Made by a program: the position numbers and the translations under genes. This document shows positions 1-14,377 of a DNA stretch of 64,000 bases, piece by piece. Every line of letters begins with the position of its first letter. Positions within the stretch are counted from its first letter, which is position 1. Below the pieces are notes generated by a model, which was not told the origin of the DNA, did not search any database, and saw only the letters and a program-made list of their open reading frames with translations. The DNA comes from Gnetum montanum (taxonomy: Eukaryota > Plantae > Gnetophyta), in contig MNCI01002560.1 in assembly GCA_015680685.1 (NCBI GenBank), positions 509,920-573,919 on the forward strand, written 5' to 3'.

Positions 1-2074
1 ATCCATCCAAAACTTAACCTTATTGACATAGTTTACCCAAAAAATTCATTAAAAATTCATATGATCTCTAATTTTAGTTATTTTACTATGGATAGAATCA
101 TGAAATCATAATTTTTGTAGCCATGACTGTTACAACCAGAAATACATAACCGTTTTTACGTGGAATGTAAACAACTTAGCAAAAAATTGCAACTATCACC
201 ATGAATTCCATTTTGCATAAGGTTGGTAAAAATTTTGCCAACAATTCATTTGAGTTCAAAATGGAGTGATTCCATAATTATTTGAAAGATTATATTGATC
301 CCTAAGCATCCATGTTTGATAAAAATTTAGAATGCTTGTTGTTTATGCAAAAAGCATTCACCAATTTGGATAAGAATCTGAAAATAGTATAAACCTCCTT
401 TTAACCTAGGTTTAGCAAAAAAATCATAAAACATTCACTTTAAAGACAATTGGAGTGATTCCACATCCATTAGAAAGCTGAATCCAATACCTACCTAGTG
501 ACAGGTAAGAAATAGGAAATACTTTGGTTGTTTTCTTAGGAACAATTTGTGAATTTACATAAAAATATAAAAATAGCATAGAAGCCTAACTACATGACCT
601 TAGGAAAACAACCATAACTTAACCATTTCAAAGTGAAATCAAATTAGATAACAACCATTGGAATTGAAAAATATGTAGCAATTTTCTTAGAAGAAAATAT
701 GAAACATTGCTTGCATTTTTCATCTAAAAAGTTAAAATGCTAAAACCCAATTTAACATAGCCACGAAAACATAGCCAATATAGTTGAAAAAATCAATACC
801 CATTAGAAAATATATGAAAAGTATGGGATAGGGTTTCATTGAAATTTAATTTTGATGAATATCTTAGCCTAGATTTGAGAAAAATGCCCATACCCCTAAA
901 TTTTGAAAAAAAAACCATGAAAAAGACAAGCTTGATTTTAGAAATCAAATCTACGAAAGATACAACAACAAAATGTCTATGGATATATGTAAAAATAGTA
1001 AAAAATAGTGGCATTTTATTAGAATTTGATTTTACCCCATCTATTAGCATAGATGTAAGAAAAAATGGCACCATAAGTGGTAAGAAAAATATAAAAAGTA
1101 ATAAAAATAGCTAGAAAATAAAGCAAAAATAGGTAGAACTGCCTACCTTGGAGTAGAGATAGATGAGACTTGGATGAAGATAGGTGAAAGAAATTCTATT
1201 AGGTCTCTAGCATGTTCATCCACCTTTTGAATCATTAGATTCTGGCTCTTTCCTCCACATTATTTTAGTGCGATGGTAATCTCAATGTAGGGAGTGGTGT
1301 GAAATTAAGAAGGATGAAAGTTCAATGTTGTGTGCAAGAAACATGGGAGGCTTCCATGCTAAGGATGGGTTGCTTCTGCAACAAAAATATTTTCCAGAGC
1401 TCTATTCCAATGTTTAGTTTGCAAGAATGTTATTTATGATTGAAAACTTATGAAATTTGGCATTAAAAACTACATCTAAACCTAGATGGCCATGTCTAAA
1501 ATCCAGCTACTAATTCAGTGCACCATAACTCTAAGTGCACTAAAGTGAAAAAGGAAAAAAGTATTTTCCATGCTGGTTTTGGTGGAAAATAGCTTCACTT
1601 TTCAAATTTTAAAATATTTGGGTTGTGGGCTTTACTATACATCTTTCCTCTTAGTCAGGAATCACACCAATGCTGGGTTTTAGTCCCTTAGGCATCTAAA
1701 GCCATAACCAAGCCTTAACCTTCCATGCTTGGATGCTAGGTATACCATGCCTTCAACTTTTTAAAAAAATTAAATAATAACTATTTTCCATTTTTAGTAA
1801 TTAAGACTTATCTTTTCCAACCCCAAGCTTCCAAAAAGGGATGGAACATAGACAAATCTAGGTAAGTTAGGCTTGCATGTTGATGTAGTAGTGCCAAGTG
1901 TGGAATAAGAGTGGTAACATCCATTCTTCACCTTCTAACATCAATCTAGCCCAATGTTAACCCCTATATTAGGCCTACATGGCCTAGAAGCCCTCCAAGC
2001 ATCCTTGGTAGCCCCAGAACCTTAGCAAACCTAGTCAAAATTGTTCAAAGCTAGTCAAAACCTTGGAATTTGAT

Positions 2075-4770
2075 GTTTTCACACTAGGATAGGCTTCATC
2101 AAGGTTGATCATCTCATCCCCAACATGGATAGGTTGGGGGAAGCTATAAATAACCTAAATTATTTACTTAGTAACCATTTATCAAAGCTTGGTGATTCGT
2201 AGACCCTACTAGAACTCTTTGAAGCATCTGAATGCTTCATAAGTAGTTAAATATTGCACAAGAATGTCATCCTCCTCTCATCCTTGCTAGGGCCATCATT
2301 TCCAACATTGAAGAAATGATGAGACTACATGAGGAACTTAGGAACCTCCAAACTATTGGATCTTGACACCCAATATTGATTGTCAACATTGATAACCTTG
2401 AAGACTAACATGCATGATCGATTGAGTGTTGAACGAGCATAGATCTGACTTTCTTAGCTCTTCTAGACTAGGGGAGATCTCTTCCATGCTCCCAACATGA
2501 AAAATTATGGGTATTTGCTAGTAAAGTTAGTGAAAGATCCAAAGACTGAGAAAAGAACCTCAAATTACCTTGTTCCTAACACTAGAACCTTCATAGTCCT
2601 TCTAGATGCCACTAGATTACAAAGAAAAAAAATCAACCTCCTAAGGTTCTTCCATGCTGGGAAGGATCTCCTCCATGATAAGAATTTAAATATTAGTGTG
2701 GATGGAAGGGGAAATGCCAAAACTATTGAACATGACATGTAGTTTAACTTTTGGTAGCAACCCAAACCTTTTGAAAGCCAACCGACTTTTGAAAGTCACT
2801 TGAAATGATCAAAACTTGCTCCATTGGGTTTTTCATGCAAAGGAAGATTCCATTCATGCTAAACATCGTACCCTCAATGTGGATGAAATGGGAAAAGCAT
2901 TAAGACCATCTCATAGCCCTCAAAATGTCAAGATCTCTACCCTGGACATCGGTAGTGAACACCAACAACCCTATGGACATGCATGCATAGTCAAAACTAT
3001 CAAAAGCTAGTAAAACGTAGGCTCTTCTAGTTTCTCCACACTAAGATATTCATCCTCCATGTTGGCTAGTGTGGAGGAAAGGGGAAACATTTTGAGGAAC
3101 ACCAAAATAACCCTCAAATACCTTAAAAAAATGCTAGAAAGCCCTATCTGTGTTGTAGGAATCTGTCTCCTCATCCTAGAATCCTAAAACCCTAGGAAAG
3201 TAATCATAGATAGCCAAAAAATATTTTCCACTAATATTTTCCACTAATAATGGAAACCCTAGTATGGAAAAATGTGAGAAACATCAAAAATCATTTCATA
3301 ACCATTAAAATAACTAAATTTTAATACTAGGTAGCATCAATCAACATTAGCAACCTTTGCAAGCTACATGCATGGCCAGAAATGGTGTAAATAATCAAAA
3401 AGATACTTCCTCTAGTATTCCATTCTAAGAATACTATCTCCCATGTTGAAGCTTAAAAAACCATTTAGAAAACCTACAAATTTGCCAAGCTTGACCTCAA
3501 ACCCTAGTCCTTGACATTGACAACCTTGAAGGCACACATGCAAAATTGATTAAGGTTGAAATTGTCTAGATCTAGGATGTATTATTCTTTCACACTAGGG
3601 ATATCTTCCTTCATGATACTAATAATGGAAAGTTAGGGGCAAAATAATTTAGGGCTCATAAACACCTCAAAATGACATCAAATGACCTTACATGCATTAT
3701 AGAACCATGGTAGTAGCTATTGAAGCCTTCAAATAATCAAAAATTGATGCCAGATGGTTAAAAAGTGGTTTCCCCTAGTCTTCCATGCTTAACTCTCTAA
3801 CCATATTGTTAAAAAAAAGGATAATTCTAAAGAACATGTGGAAGTACTCAAAATTACCAAATTTTAACATGAAACCATAGCCCTTGGCCATAGCAACTCT
3901 GAAAGTTGACATCCATAGTCAAATGTTATCCAAATTGGCCTAGATATAATATTCTTATCTCATCCATGATGGAGATGATTTCCTCCATGTTTGGTAGTGT
4001 GAAAAAAAAGTGGAAAGCTACTTTTCCACTTTGGATGACAAGAGAGCACTCACAGAAACCAAGGATGTATGCTAGAGAAGCCTAGGACCTCATAGCCTTA
4101 AGATTTTTCTTGATTGAACTCATCTTGACTTCCAGAAATCCATTTCCCATAATATTCCATGTTTTATAAACTCCCCCAATGTGGAAACATGTTGGGAGGC
4201 CTTAGGTACCCTTAAACAACATTCAAACGTGTACAAAATCAACTTGAAACTTGTAGAATCATGATCTATAGCCCTAGGGGCCTAGGAGCTTGGTCAATGT
4301 GCTTCTCAATCATCTTGAATATAAGAAATAATTCCCCCCCTCATATTTCCATGTTGGGGATACTATAATTAGTGTGGAAAAGGAGGAGATGCTTTTTAAA
4401 CATATTTTGACTTAAAAAATTACCTTAGACTACCTCAAAATGAAGCTAGGGAATGCATAACTCCTAGATCTGAGTTCCAGCTTCCTATTTGACCATGTTT
4501 GATTTAGTTTTGGCTTGAATCCTGGTTCTCCACACTGAATGCCCTATCTTCCACACTGAGAATCATGGAGATAAGAAGGGAAGGGTTCAAAACCTTTTTT
4601 TTAGACTTTATAGATCTCTGGAGTGCCCAATTTTAATAGATTTGGCCTTGTGCTACCTTGCAGAGGTCCTAGAACCTCAATTTTTGGCCTCTAGATGCTC
4701 CAGAACATACTTTCTCTAATTTTTATGATAAGGGTCACTTCGTTCACATTGACTAGTGTGGAAACAAGGG
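2075..4770. repeat. ~190-bp-period array of TCCA(C/T)(A/G)(C/T)TRG motif clusters (element A)
   Basis: Clusters at about 2079, 2461, 2651, 2820, 3035, 3226, 3408, 3588, 3781, 3963, 4145, 4335, 4529 and 4712, with diverged spacers. Confidence 0.7.
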
Positions 4771-5478
4771 GGGCCTAATGTGAAAGCGATAAAACACTTG
4801 ATTTTTAGGTCCAAACAATCTAGAAGCAACCCTGACTGATGTCCAAACTTACCTAATAGCCTTGTAGCCTTAAATCATGGCTTGATAAGGTTTAAAACTA
4901 GTAAATTGTAATAATTTTTTGACCTATATTATCCAAATTCTATCATATGTAGCCTATTTTGCTTGATTTTTGCTTTATTACATTGTGTTTTAGCCTATTT
5001 CTGGACTTGTGTTGCCATTGTTAACTTTGTAGACCTTCTTGTGGCCTTTATGTAGCCTCATATTCTATTTATTTATCTTATTATAGCTTTATTTACCTTT
5101 TTTTGCCTTTTAATATATCAAATAATGGGGTTTGACCTTCCTTAACCACCATTTAACACAATGTGATCATGGCCTGCTTAGGCCTTAAACTAGCATCATA
5201 GTCCACCAAGATTCTAAACTGGCATCATGGCTTGCTAAGGCCTAAAACTGGTGAAATTGTGGCCTTTGTTAATCATTTGTAGCCTTATTTATTATATTTT
5301 CCCTTTTTTGACCTGTATTCGATCTTTGTTTAACATTTATTCAACTTTGTCAAATTGTTCCTATCTCATTGATGACCTTGGATGGCCTTCTTTACATTAG
5401 ATTTGCATGTATTTGCATAATGTTATAACATTTGAGCATTATTTATTTAATTTTACGTAGATTTCATATAATATCCTT

Positions 5479-8400
5479 TTGGTTGATATGTGGGATCAAA
5501 GTATGAGTACTTGGGAGAAAATTAGTTTGCCTTTGTATCTACATGGATCTCATGATCATGTTGAATGTTGTATTAATCCTAATTGCCTAGATCTTGAGCT
5601 TCTTGTGCATCACATAGCCTCAATTAAGAGACCTTTAGAATGGCTTGAAAATGTAGTCAAAACATTTAACTTAGAAGTAGGTTACATAACTAAATACTCT
5701 CTAGTTGAGGATCCTATCACAACACACAGTAATGAGGAGAAAACTAAGTTCCTCATTGGAACCTCAATGTGCTCAAGACATCACCAAGGTCCTACAAAGT
5801 AACATTAAGGTATTTTCCTAGTCATATGAATACATGCTAGGCCTAGAACCATGTTTATTCTAGTACAACATCATACTAGGCGCTAGCATTAGACTAGTTA
5901 AGAAAAATTAAACAAAACTAGGCCTAATTTGGCCTTGGTAACTCGTGATGAGATCTCAAAGCTCTACCAAGCTGATTACATTAGGGATGTCAACAACGCC
6001 AACTGGGTATCCAATATAGTGATAGTCCCTAAGAAAAATTGGAGTATTCATATTTGCATTGATTTTTGAGATCTAAATAAAGTAATCATCAATGATAGCT
6101 TCTCTTTGCCTAGTATTGATAAACTTAACGATACTATGGCTAGACATTCCTTATTATCCCTTATGGATGAATTCTCAGGATATAACCAAATTAGGATCAA
6201 CCTAGTTCAGCAACTTAGCATGGTCTTTATGATCCCATGGGGTACCTTTTGCAATAATATGATGTCATTTGACATTAAGAATGTTGAAGTGACCTATCAA
6301 TGAGCCATGACCTATATATTCAGTGATTACATGTTAGGTTTACTTAACGATTACATAGATGATATAGTTGTGAAGTTTAAAGTGATCAATGATCATGCTA
6401 ATGACCTAGACCTTGTTCTTAAACAATGCCATAAATATAAGCTTAGATGCAACCCCAAGAAATTTTCTTTGGTGTTAAGAATAGTAAGATGCTTAGCTTT
6501 GTAGTCTCTGAAGTAGGAATATGCATAGATCCTAATAAGGTTAAAGCCATATCCAAATTAGCAACACCTACAAACATTAAGGAGCTTTGGGTATTGCATG
6601 GTAGATTACAATTTATTTTTAGGTATATCACTAGGCATATAGATAAGTTACAGTAGATGCAACTCTTACTTAAGAAAGGAGTTCACTATGAGTGGATTTC
6701 TTAATGCCAAGGGGCCTTTTAAAAAACTTAAGCAAGAGTTGAGACAACTATTGATAGTTTATTTTTTGTAAGAGTGTAAAAAATTCTACATTTACCTTCC
6801 TATCTCTGACACATCCATTGCCTCTCTACTCTTTCAGAAGCATGATGATGGAGTAGAAAAGCTAGTGTACTATCTTAGCCATGCACTAGCTACCCATGAG
6901 ACTTGATAAATTGAAGTGAAGAAGTATTTTCTAGCATTGGTCATCTCTTTTAAGAAGTGGAAACACTACCTTTTCAGAAGCCAAGTCAATGTCATTTACA
7001 AAGACAACATACTCAGAGTCATAAAGACTAACATTTACTAAAGTAGCCATATAGCCTAATGGAAAGCCATAACCATGGAATTTGACATTCATTACTTCTC
7101 TCAATCCTCAACAAAAGGTCAAGCTATAGCCATACATAATAAAAGTTTTCTTGTCAATGACCAAGCAATGATAGATCTTGAATTCCCTAATAAACACATT
7201 AACCTAGTGCCAAATACCCAAGGATGATGAGGTGATCATGCACTTTGATAGAGCTTCAACTACTTGTGAGACTAGTGCTATTGCCATCATAACATTTCCA
7301 TTTCATGAAATTGATCCTTTTCCTATCATTTTGAGTTTCCATGTACCAACAATGTATTGGAGTATGAAGGTTTGATCAAAGAGATGATGGTAGCTCTTAA
7401 TCTAGGAATTAGAAGCTTAGCAATAAAAGGCAATTCACAACTTGTGACTAACCAAGGAATCAAAGTCTATGCATGTAAAACCAAATACTTACAATAATAT
7501 TGTGACTTAGAAAATTAATTGTTACAATAATTCATAGACTTTCATATTGAAAACATACCCAAAAATGTGAATCCCATAGTTGATGCAATAGTAATGATAG
7601 CCCTTAGTGTGATGCTAGATGTGTTTAATAAGTTTCCCATATTATCTATGAACATTGCTACTCCCATCACGTAGAACACTAAGGATGCCTTTGTGGTTGT
7701 TGTTCATACTAATCTTGCCATGGAGTGGTATGATGATATCAAATTTTACATTATGCATGGAGAATTATCACAAGGTTTGAGTACTACTCAAAAGGACCCT
7801 ATATACTAGTGGATGAAATGCTACATCATCATAGGTGATAAAACATTGCATTGAAAATCCTATGATGGCATACTCCTAAAGTTCATAGGTAAGATAGAAG
7901 CTAGAAGAGTCCTAGAGGAGGTTCACAAGGATATTTGTAGAGAACATATAGGACCATGAGCTATGGCCACTAAGATTATATGGTTGGGCTAATATTGTCC
8001 TTATATGGAAAATGACTACCTAGAGAAAGTTAAGCAATGTGACACATGCCAACAATATAGAAACCTCATACATGTACTACGAACTGAGTTGCATACAACT
8101 CAAATAAGATGGCCATTCCAATCATGAGGCTTGGATATCATTGGACCCATAACATCTAAGTCTTCCATAGGACATAGCTTCATCATCACCAAAACCAAAT
8201 ACTTTACAAAGTGGTTTGAGGTAATTCCCTTAAGAAAGACTACATCCAAACAAGTCTAGAAGTTCATCCTAGATAACATTGTAGCTTGTTTTGGCATACC
8301 CATGATCATAGTTATGGAATATAGACCATAATTTAGTATCTAGGAAACAAATAATTTCTATCATGACCTACGCATTAATCATTCTTTCTTATTATCGTAT

Positions 8401-8965
8401 TACCATAAAGCCAATAGGCAAGTAGAAGAAACAAGATCATCATTAACTTACTCAAAAATATTCTCAACAATAACAAGCTCAAATGGCATGAGCAGCTTGT
8501 CCTTACACTATGTGCATATAGAACAACCTATCACATAGCAATTGGTATGACCCCTTATAACTTGGTTTATGGTTTTGATGTTGCTTTATCTCTTGAATTA
8601 TATAGGTTCCATTGCTCTGAGTAGCCTTGATCAACTTCATCAATGAAGAGCAAAACAAGGAGTTGTAAACAATAGCCCTAGACTCTATGGAGGAGCAACA
8701 TATGCAAGTGCTTACTCACATTAAACACTATTAAGAGAGGTAGAAGTGGCAACATCATCATAACTTAATCATAAATAAGATCAAAGATGATGACTTGGTC
8801 ATCAAAGCCATTCACTAAGATATGGATAAATTATTAGTTAACTAGGAAGGACCCTTCCTCGTCACTAGAGCTTATGGTAACAAAGCATTCAGGATAGTTG
8901 ACATGGATGGGAATGAGCTAGTCAATCTGGTTAATCATTCCTATCTAAAGCCATACTACATGTAG
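5479..8965 (+). pseudogene. pol: RT-RNaseH-aRH-integrase (pol) pseudogene of element A
   Basis: RT motifs PSIDKL..LSLMDEFSGYNQI, YIDDIVV; aRH MHFD.AS / TNNV.EYE.LI / G.SQLV.NQ (~7240-7460); integrase GLDIIGPI...YFTKW; ends LKPYYM*; many stops and frameshifts; no gag or protease directly upstream. Confidence 0.92.
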
Positions 8966-9174
8966 CCAATAATCATCAAGAAATCATAGTTTCAATGGTC
9001 TTCTAGGGCCTTAAACTAGTACCATTCCATGCCATGGCCTTAAACTAGTGACTTTAGTGACCTAGCTAACTTTTTGTTATCATCTCATGTAACCTATATG
9101 CATTATAGTGTTATAATATGCAATGGTGTTTTGTATTCTTTGTCGGTGCCTCTCCTATTAATCCCCAAGACATT

Positions 9175-9186
9175 GAAAAATAGGGG
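9175..9186 (+). promoter_or_regulatory. Polypurine tract of element A
   Basis: GAAAAATAGGGG ~210 nt after the integrase stop, immediately before the LTR-like block. Confidence 0.65.
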
Positions 9187-9189
9187 CCA

Positions 9190-10681
9190 TTAAAACACCA
9201 CAAAAATTTGAATGTTATAGTTAATTTTCAACATGTAACTTTCACCCCATAAAACTTGAGGTAAAACTTCATTGTAAATGTGAAGATTGTAATCCATGGA
9301 GGGCAATCTCACATATCCCATGATTTTGGGGCTAAAAGACACCTCATAAGTGGTCAAAGATTCATACCCTTAGTGAACAATATCATTAGTATCTATACTC
9401 AAGCTTAGGAACATCAAAATCACCTTTTGGAATGCCAAAAATGGTAGTTTAATGGGTTTTATTGAGGTATATATTTTTCTACACTGGAAACACTTCTGGG
9501 GGCAAATCTCACCTACTCCTATCATAGAGGAGTGGGGGGTTTTCCCTTAGCTTGGAAATGTTTTTTCCTAGTGTGGAAACTACATGACCCCATCATGGAA
9601 GACACAAAAGTTAGATTTTAACACTTCATGCCCTTGAATGTTGACCAATTATTTCAGCTAGGATGGTAGAAGGTTCAGCATGGATGATCTATCTTCAACA
9701 TAGAAGGTCTGCCCTCATTAATCTTTATAGGAAATGTAATGGTGATGGGGGAAGGAATTTACCATATAGAGTAAGCCTCAAAATTTTGGCACCCATCTCA
9801 TCTATATGAGAAAAAAATTTGCAACTAAATTATAACTAATTTGCATTCATTATGCAATCAAATTACAACCAAATTACAGGCATTTTGTAGCACGATTCAT
9901 GATCCAAAATCTATAAAACCTAGTCTCAAACACCATTTATAGGTTTAGAAACTTTTGACATACATACACTTTTGTGGTTTTAACAATTTTTACATAGTTC
10001 AGTAATTTGTTCATAGTTCTACACTTGAGCATTCTCAAGCACTTAAGAGTTCTTACAAGTTTCCACACTTGTACTCTCTTGAGTTTAGTGTAGAAACCTT
10101 CTAACCTTGTGATATTGTAAAATCTTTGGGATTTGTAAATTTTCAAGCTTCATGTTGCACTATTGGGATTTTCAAATCCTAGAGTAGAGTACTTGAGTAG
10201 CTTAGATTCTTCACACTTGTCAATCTTTCATCATAGCCAATGTTGCAGATCTAGAGTAGCAGCATAGGAGGTTTGATAGCATCAGGAGTGGTAGAACATC
10301 TAGCTAGTGGAGTTGACTACAGTGACTTCAATAAACCTTGAACCCCCATTAAAGTGAATCCCCCCTACTACCCACTCAAGCACCATTTGTACACATTTCT
10401 CTAACTTGTTATGTATCCTCTCTTAATAAAGTTTTAAGTCCTCAATTTTGTATGCAAAATATATTTTTTTAGCTTCAGTGCATTATTTATATCTATTATA
10501 AGTTTTAGCATTCAATTTTTATTACTTCGTTATTCATTTCGTGAGTCCCTGGTTGATCTACTAGACTAGCCAAGGTCTCTCAAATCCCATTTTCCTAGAG
10601 GCCTTGAGTATTCATGGGTTAAGGACTCCTACGCATCAGATCAATCGATCTTTCTAGCAATTGATTTTTCTAGTCACAACA
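9190..10681 (+). repeat. 3' LTR of element A
   Basis: Begins ttaaaacaccacaaaaattt, matching the reverse complement ending at ~37694; TATA-like ctataaaa at ~9911; ends ...cacaaca where element B's integrase resumes. Confidence 0.65.
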
Positions 10682-13600
10682 CATCATACATAGCTCCTTG
10701 CTTTATTAATAATTGATGAAGTTAGACAGGCCCTCTCAAAGAAATAGTACATGTAATTCAAGAGGTAAAATAGCTTCAGAACCATAAACAAGGCTATACA
10801 GAGTTACACCTATTGTAGTACAATATGTTTCTCGATATTTTCAAACTGCATGGAAAAGCTACTCATGCTACTTGCATTTACTATTATTTATCATCTTCTT
10901 AGGTAAGTTGATAATGGACTTATTACTTGCTTCTAATTTTCCATTGGCTTGAGGGTAATAAGGTGAGAAGAAAGAGTGCTTAATGTCTAGGTTGTGAAAG
11001 AAATTTTTTATTTCTTGGCTACTAAACTATGGTCTATTGTCTATGGCTATGATCATAGGTATACCAGCATGGGCTACTATATTGTCTAGGATGAATATAT
11101 AGATTTGTTCATATGTAGTATTCCTTAGGGAGATAGCCTCAACCCACTTAGTAAAGTATTTGGTTATGGTAATGATGAAACTATACCCTATGGATGAGTT
11201 AGGCATTATATGTTTAATGATATCCAACACCCATCATTGAAATAGTCATGTTATCAGAGTAGTGTGTAACTTAGTTAATGGTACATGTACTAGGTTACTA
11301 TGCCTTTGACATGTGTCACATCACTTTCTACAGCCAATAATTTTCCATATAAGGCTAGTAATAACCTAACTATCTAATCATAGTAGTCATGGCTCTAGGT
11401 TCTATATGTCCACCATAAACACCCTCATGAACCTTCTCTAGGACTATTTTGGCTTCGGCTCTATTGAAGAACTTGAATAATATACTATCATAAGATCATA
11501 GACATAGTGTATTATCGCCTAAAATGACATATAATTTTGATCATTTATGTACAAAATCCTTTTGAACAACAGTTTGGCCTTGTGAAGACTCACCATACAT
11601 AAGGTAAAACTTGATATCATCATACTGCTCCTTTATAGGAGTGGTATGAACTACAACAACAAACATATTCTCAACACTTTGCATGATGGAGATAGCACAA
11701 TTCATGGTTAAGGTGGACAACTAGCTAAAAACATTTGATGTAACACTAAGGGCTAGCATTGCAATTGCATTAGCTATGGAATTCTCATTTTGGGATACAT
11801 CTTAGATAGCAGCATCTATAAATTGTTGCAATAACGGTTTCCATAAATCATAGTAAGGTTGTAAATGTTTGGCTTTGCATGCGTAAACCTTGGTTACTTG
11901 GTTGACGAAAAGTTATGAATTTTCCTTAATTATCAAATTCTTAATTCATAGGCCATGAGCTACCATCATTCCTCTAATCAAACTTTCATACTTTGCTATG
12001 TTATTACTGCATGGAAACTCCAATCGATAGGTGAAAGATAAAATTTCACTCGATGAGAATGTTATGATGGAAAAGACACTAGCTTTGTGGTCAGTTAAAG
12101 CTCCATAAAAGTGCATGAGGCACCCATAATCCTTGAGCACTTGGCTAATGACATTGATGTGTTCATCAAGAAACTCAAGGTCAATAATTGCTTGGTCATC
12201 AATAGGTGAAATAGTAAGTTGTACAACTATAACTAGACCTTTCGTTGAGGAATAAGAGACTTAATGAAGGTCAAATTCCATTGTTATGGGTTTTCATTGG
12301 GCTATATGGATACTCTCATAAATATTGGTCATTATAGCTCTAGGTATGTTATTCTTGCAAATGACATTAACCTGGCTCCTAAAGAGGTAGTATCTCTACC
12401 TCTTTAATGAGAAGACTAGTGTTAAACAATACTTCTTCAATGAGAAGACTAGTGTTAAACAATACTTCTTCACTTTAGTATATCATGTCTCATGGGCAAC
12501 TAATGCATGGATAAGGTACTATACTAGCATCTCTACTCCATCATCACATTTTTGATAGTGTAGAAAGGTAACATACATGTTTGAGATAGAAATATAGATG
12601 TAAAATAATTTACTCTATTGTAGAGTATAGATTGTTAGTAGTTGTGCCAACTCTTGCTTAAGGATTTTAAAGGCTTCTTTGCATTGAGTCATCTGATCAT
12701 AGTGAACCCTTTTCTTAAGCAAGTATTACATGGATTGCAAATTATTTGTAAGCATAGTGATGAACATTCAAATAAATTGTAATATACCTTGTAGTCCCTA
12801 AAGCTCTTTGAGGTTAGTTGGTGCTACCAAGTTGGAGATGGCCTTAACCTTATCAAGATCAACATGTATCCTTGCTTCTAATACTACAAAGACAAGAATC
12901 TTATTAGTTTTGATACTGAAGACATAGTTCTTAGGATTAGGTCTATGTTCAAACTTAAGACATCATTTGAGAACAAGGTCTAGGTCATTAGCATGGTCAT
13001 TGGCTAGTTTGGACTTAACAACTATGTCATCTACATAATAGTTGAGGAATCCTAACATGTAGTAACTAAAGATATAAATCATGGATCTTTGATAGGTTAC
13101 CCCTAAATTCTTAAGGCCAAAATACATCATGGTATAGAAAAAGGTATCCCAAAGGTTGTGCTAAGTTAGTGCTCTAGTTTGATCCTAATTTGGTTGTAAC
13201 TCAAGAACCAATCCATAAAGGATAATAAGGCAAGGCTAGCTATAGTATCAATGAGTTAATGGATACTAGGCATAGGGAAATTGTCCTTTATCGTTGCCTT
13301 ATTTAGGTTTTAAAAATCAATTCAAATATAGATACCCTCATTTTCCTAGGGACTACCATGATGTTGGATACCCATTCCATGTAGTCAATAGCTCTAAGGA
13401 AACTAGCTTGGTATAGCTTGGTAATTTCATCACAAACTTCCATTGCTATGTTTGGTCTAATCTTGGACATTTTCAATTTAACTAGTCTAATTATAGGATC
13501 AAGTAAAATGTTGTGTTGGACTAATTTTGGATCTAAAACTAGCATATTTTCATAAGACTAGGCAAAGGCCTTATTGTTGTCTTGTAGAACCTTGGTGATG

Positions 13601-13900
13601 GCTTAAGTTTGTTGAGGTTCTAATGAGGAACATAGTTTAAGGATTTTCTCCTTACCACTATGAATTGTTACAAGAACCTCATCAAGAGAGTGTTTAGTAA
13701 TGTCACTAGCTCCTAGATCAAGATTTTTAACTAGGTTTTCAAGCCACTCTAGAAGCCTTTCAATTAAGGCTACATTGTTAATAAAAATCTTAGGCTTAAG
13801 ATCTAGATAATCAGGATCAATATATTGTTCAACATCACCATTATGCCCACTTAGGCTGAAAGGTAAGGTAATTTTGTCCAAGTGTCCAAAATTCAATCAT
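10682..13900 (-). pseudogene. pol: RT-RNaseH-aRH-integrase pseudogene of element B, truncated in the integrase C-terminal region
   Basis: ORF fragments LDPKLVQHNILLDP..., MHFYGAL...FPCSNNIAKYESLI, LDII...YFTKWVEAI; homologous to 5479-8965. Confidence 0.92.
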
Positions 13901-14377
13901 GCATATTAATCATAATCACATTAAGTGGAACCTAGGTAAAAATGAGTAAATAATGGTAGAATGATTTAGTAAACATGCAAACATATGATATTCCAATGAT
14001 GAACAAAAGTGAAAACAAGGTCAACCAAGGCTATGATAGACAAATAATGACTAATGGGATTAAACAAAGGGCACATAAGATTAATCAAAGGTCATAAGAG
14101 AGAAAATAAGGTAAACATGATAAAATAGGAAGTTATATGAAGGTTGTATAAAGTAAATTAATGAGAAAGAAGTTCAACAATGCAAAACAAGGTCAAATTT
14201 GTGAAAATGAAATACATATGACAAAAATTGTTTGATACTGGTCAAATAGGATTATATTTTACCAATTTTAGGCCTTAGCGGGCCATGGTATGGGATTATA
14301 GGGTTGCTAAGAGAGCTTGGGTAGATGCGTGTGTCATTCTAAAGCTATTTTGAAGCAAAATTAACATATTTTACTTT

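Larger units (their letters stand above)
1..10681 (+). mobile_element. Element A: right part of a decayed Tat/Ogre-like LTR retrotransposon (spacer, motif array, pol, 3' LTR)
   Basis: pol remnants at 5479-8965, PPT at 9175-9186, LTR-like block to ~10681; positions ~250-315 align in reverse complement to 18725-18790 of element B. Confidence 0.8.

Noticed and set aside
12407-12472. 33-bp direct duplication (similar ones at ~17492-17557, ~43253-43310, ~59362-59422)
   Set aside because: Ordinary local tandem duplications in decayed sequence.
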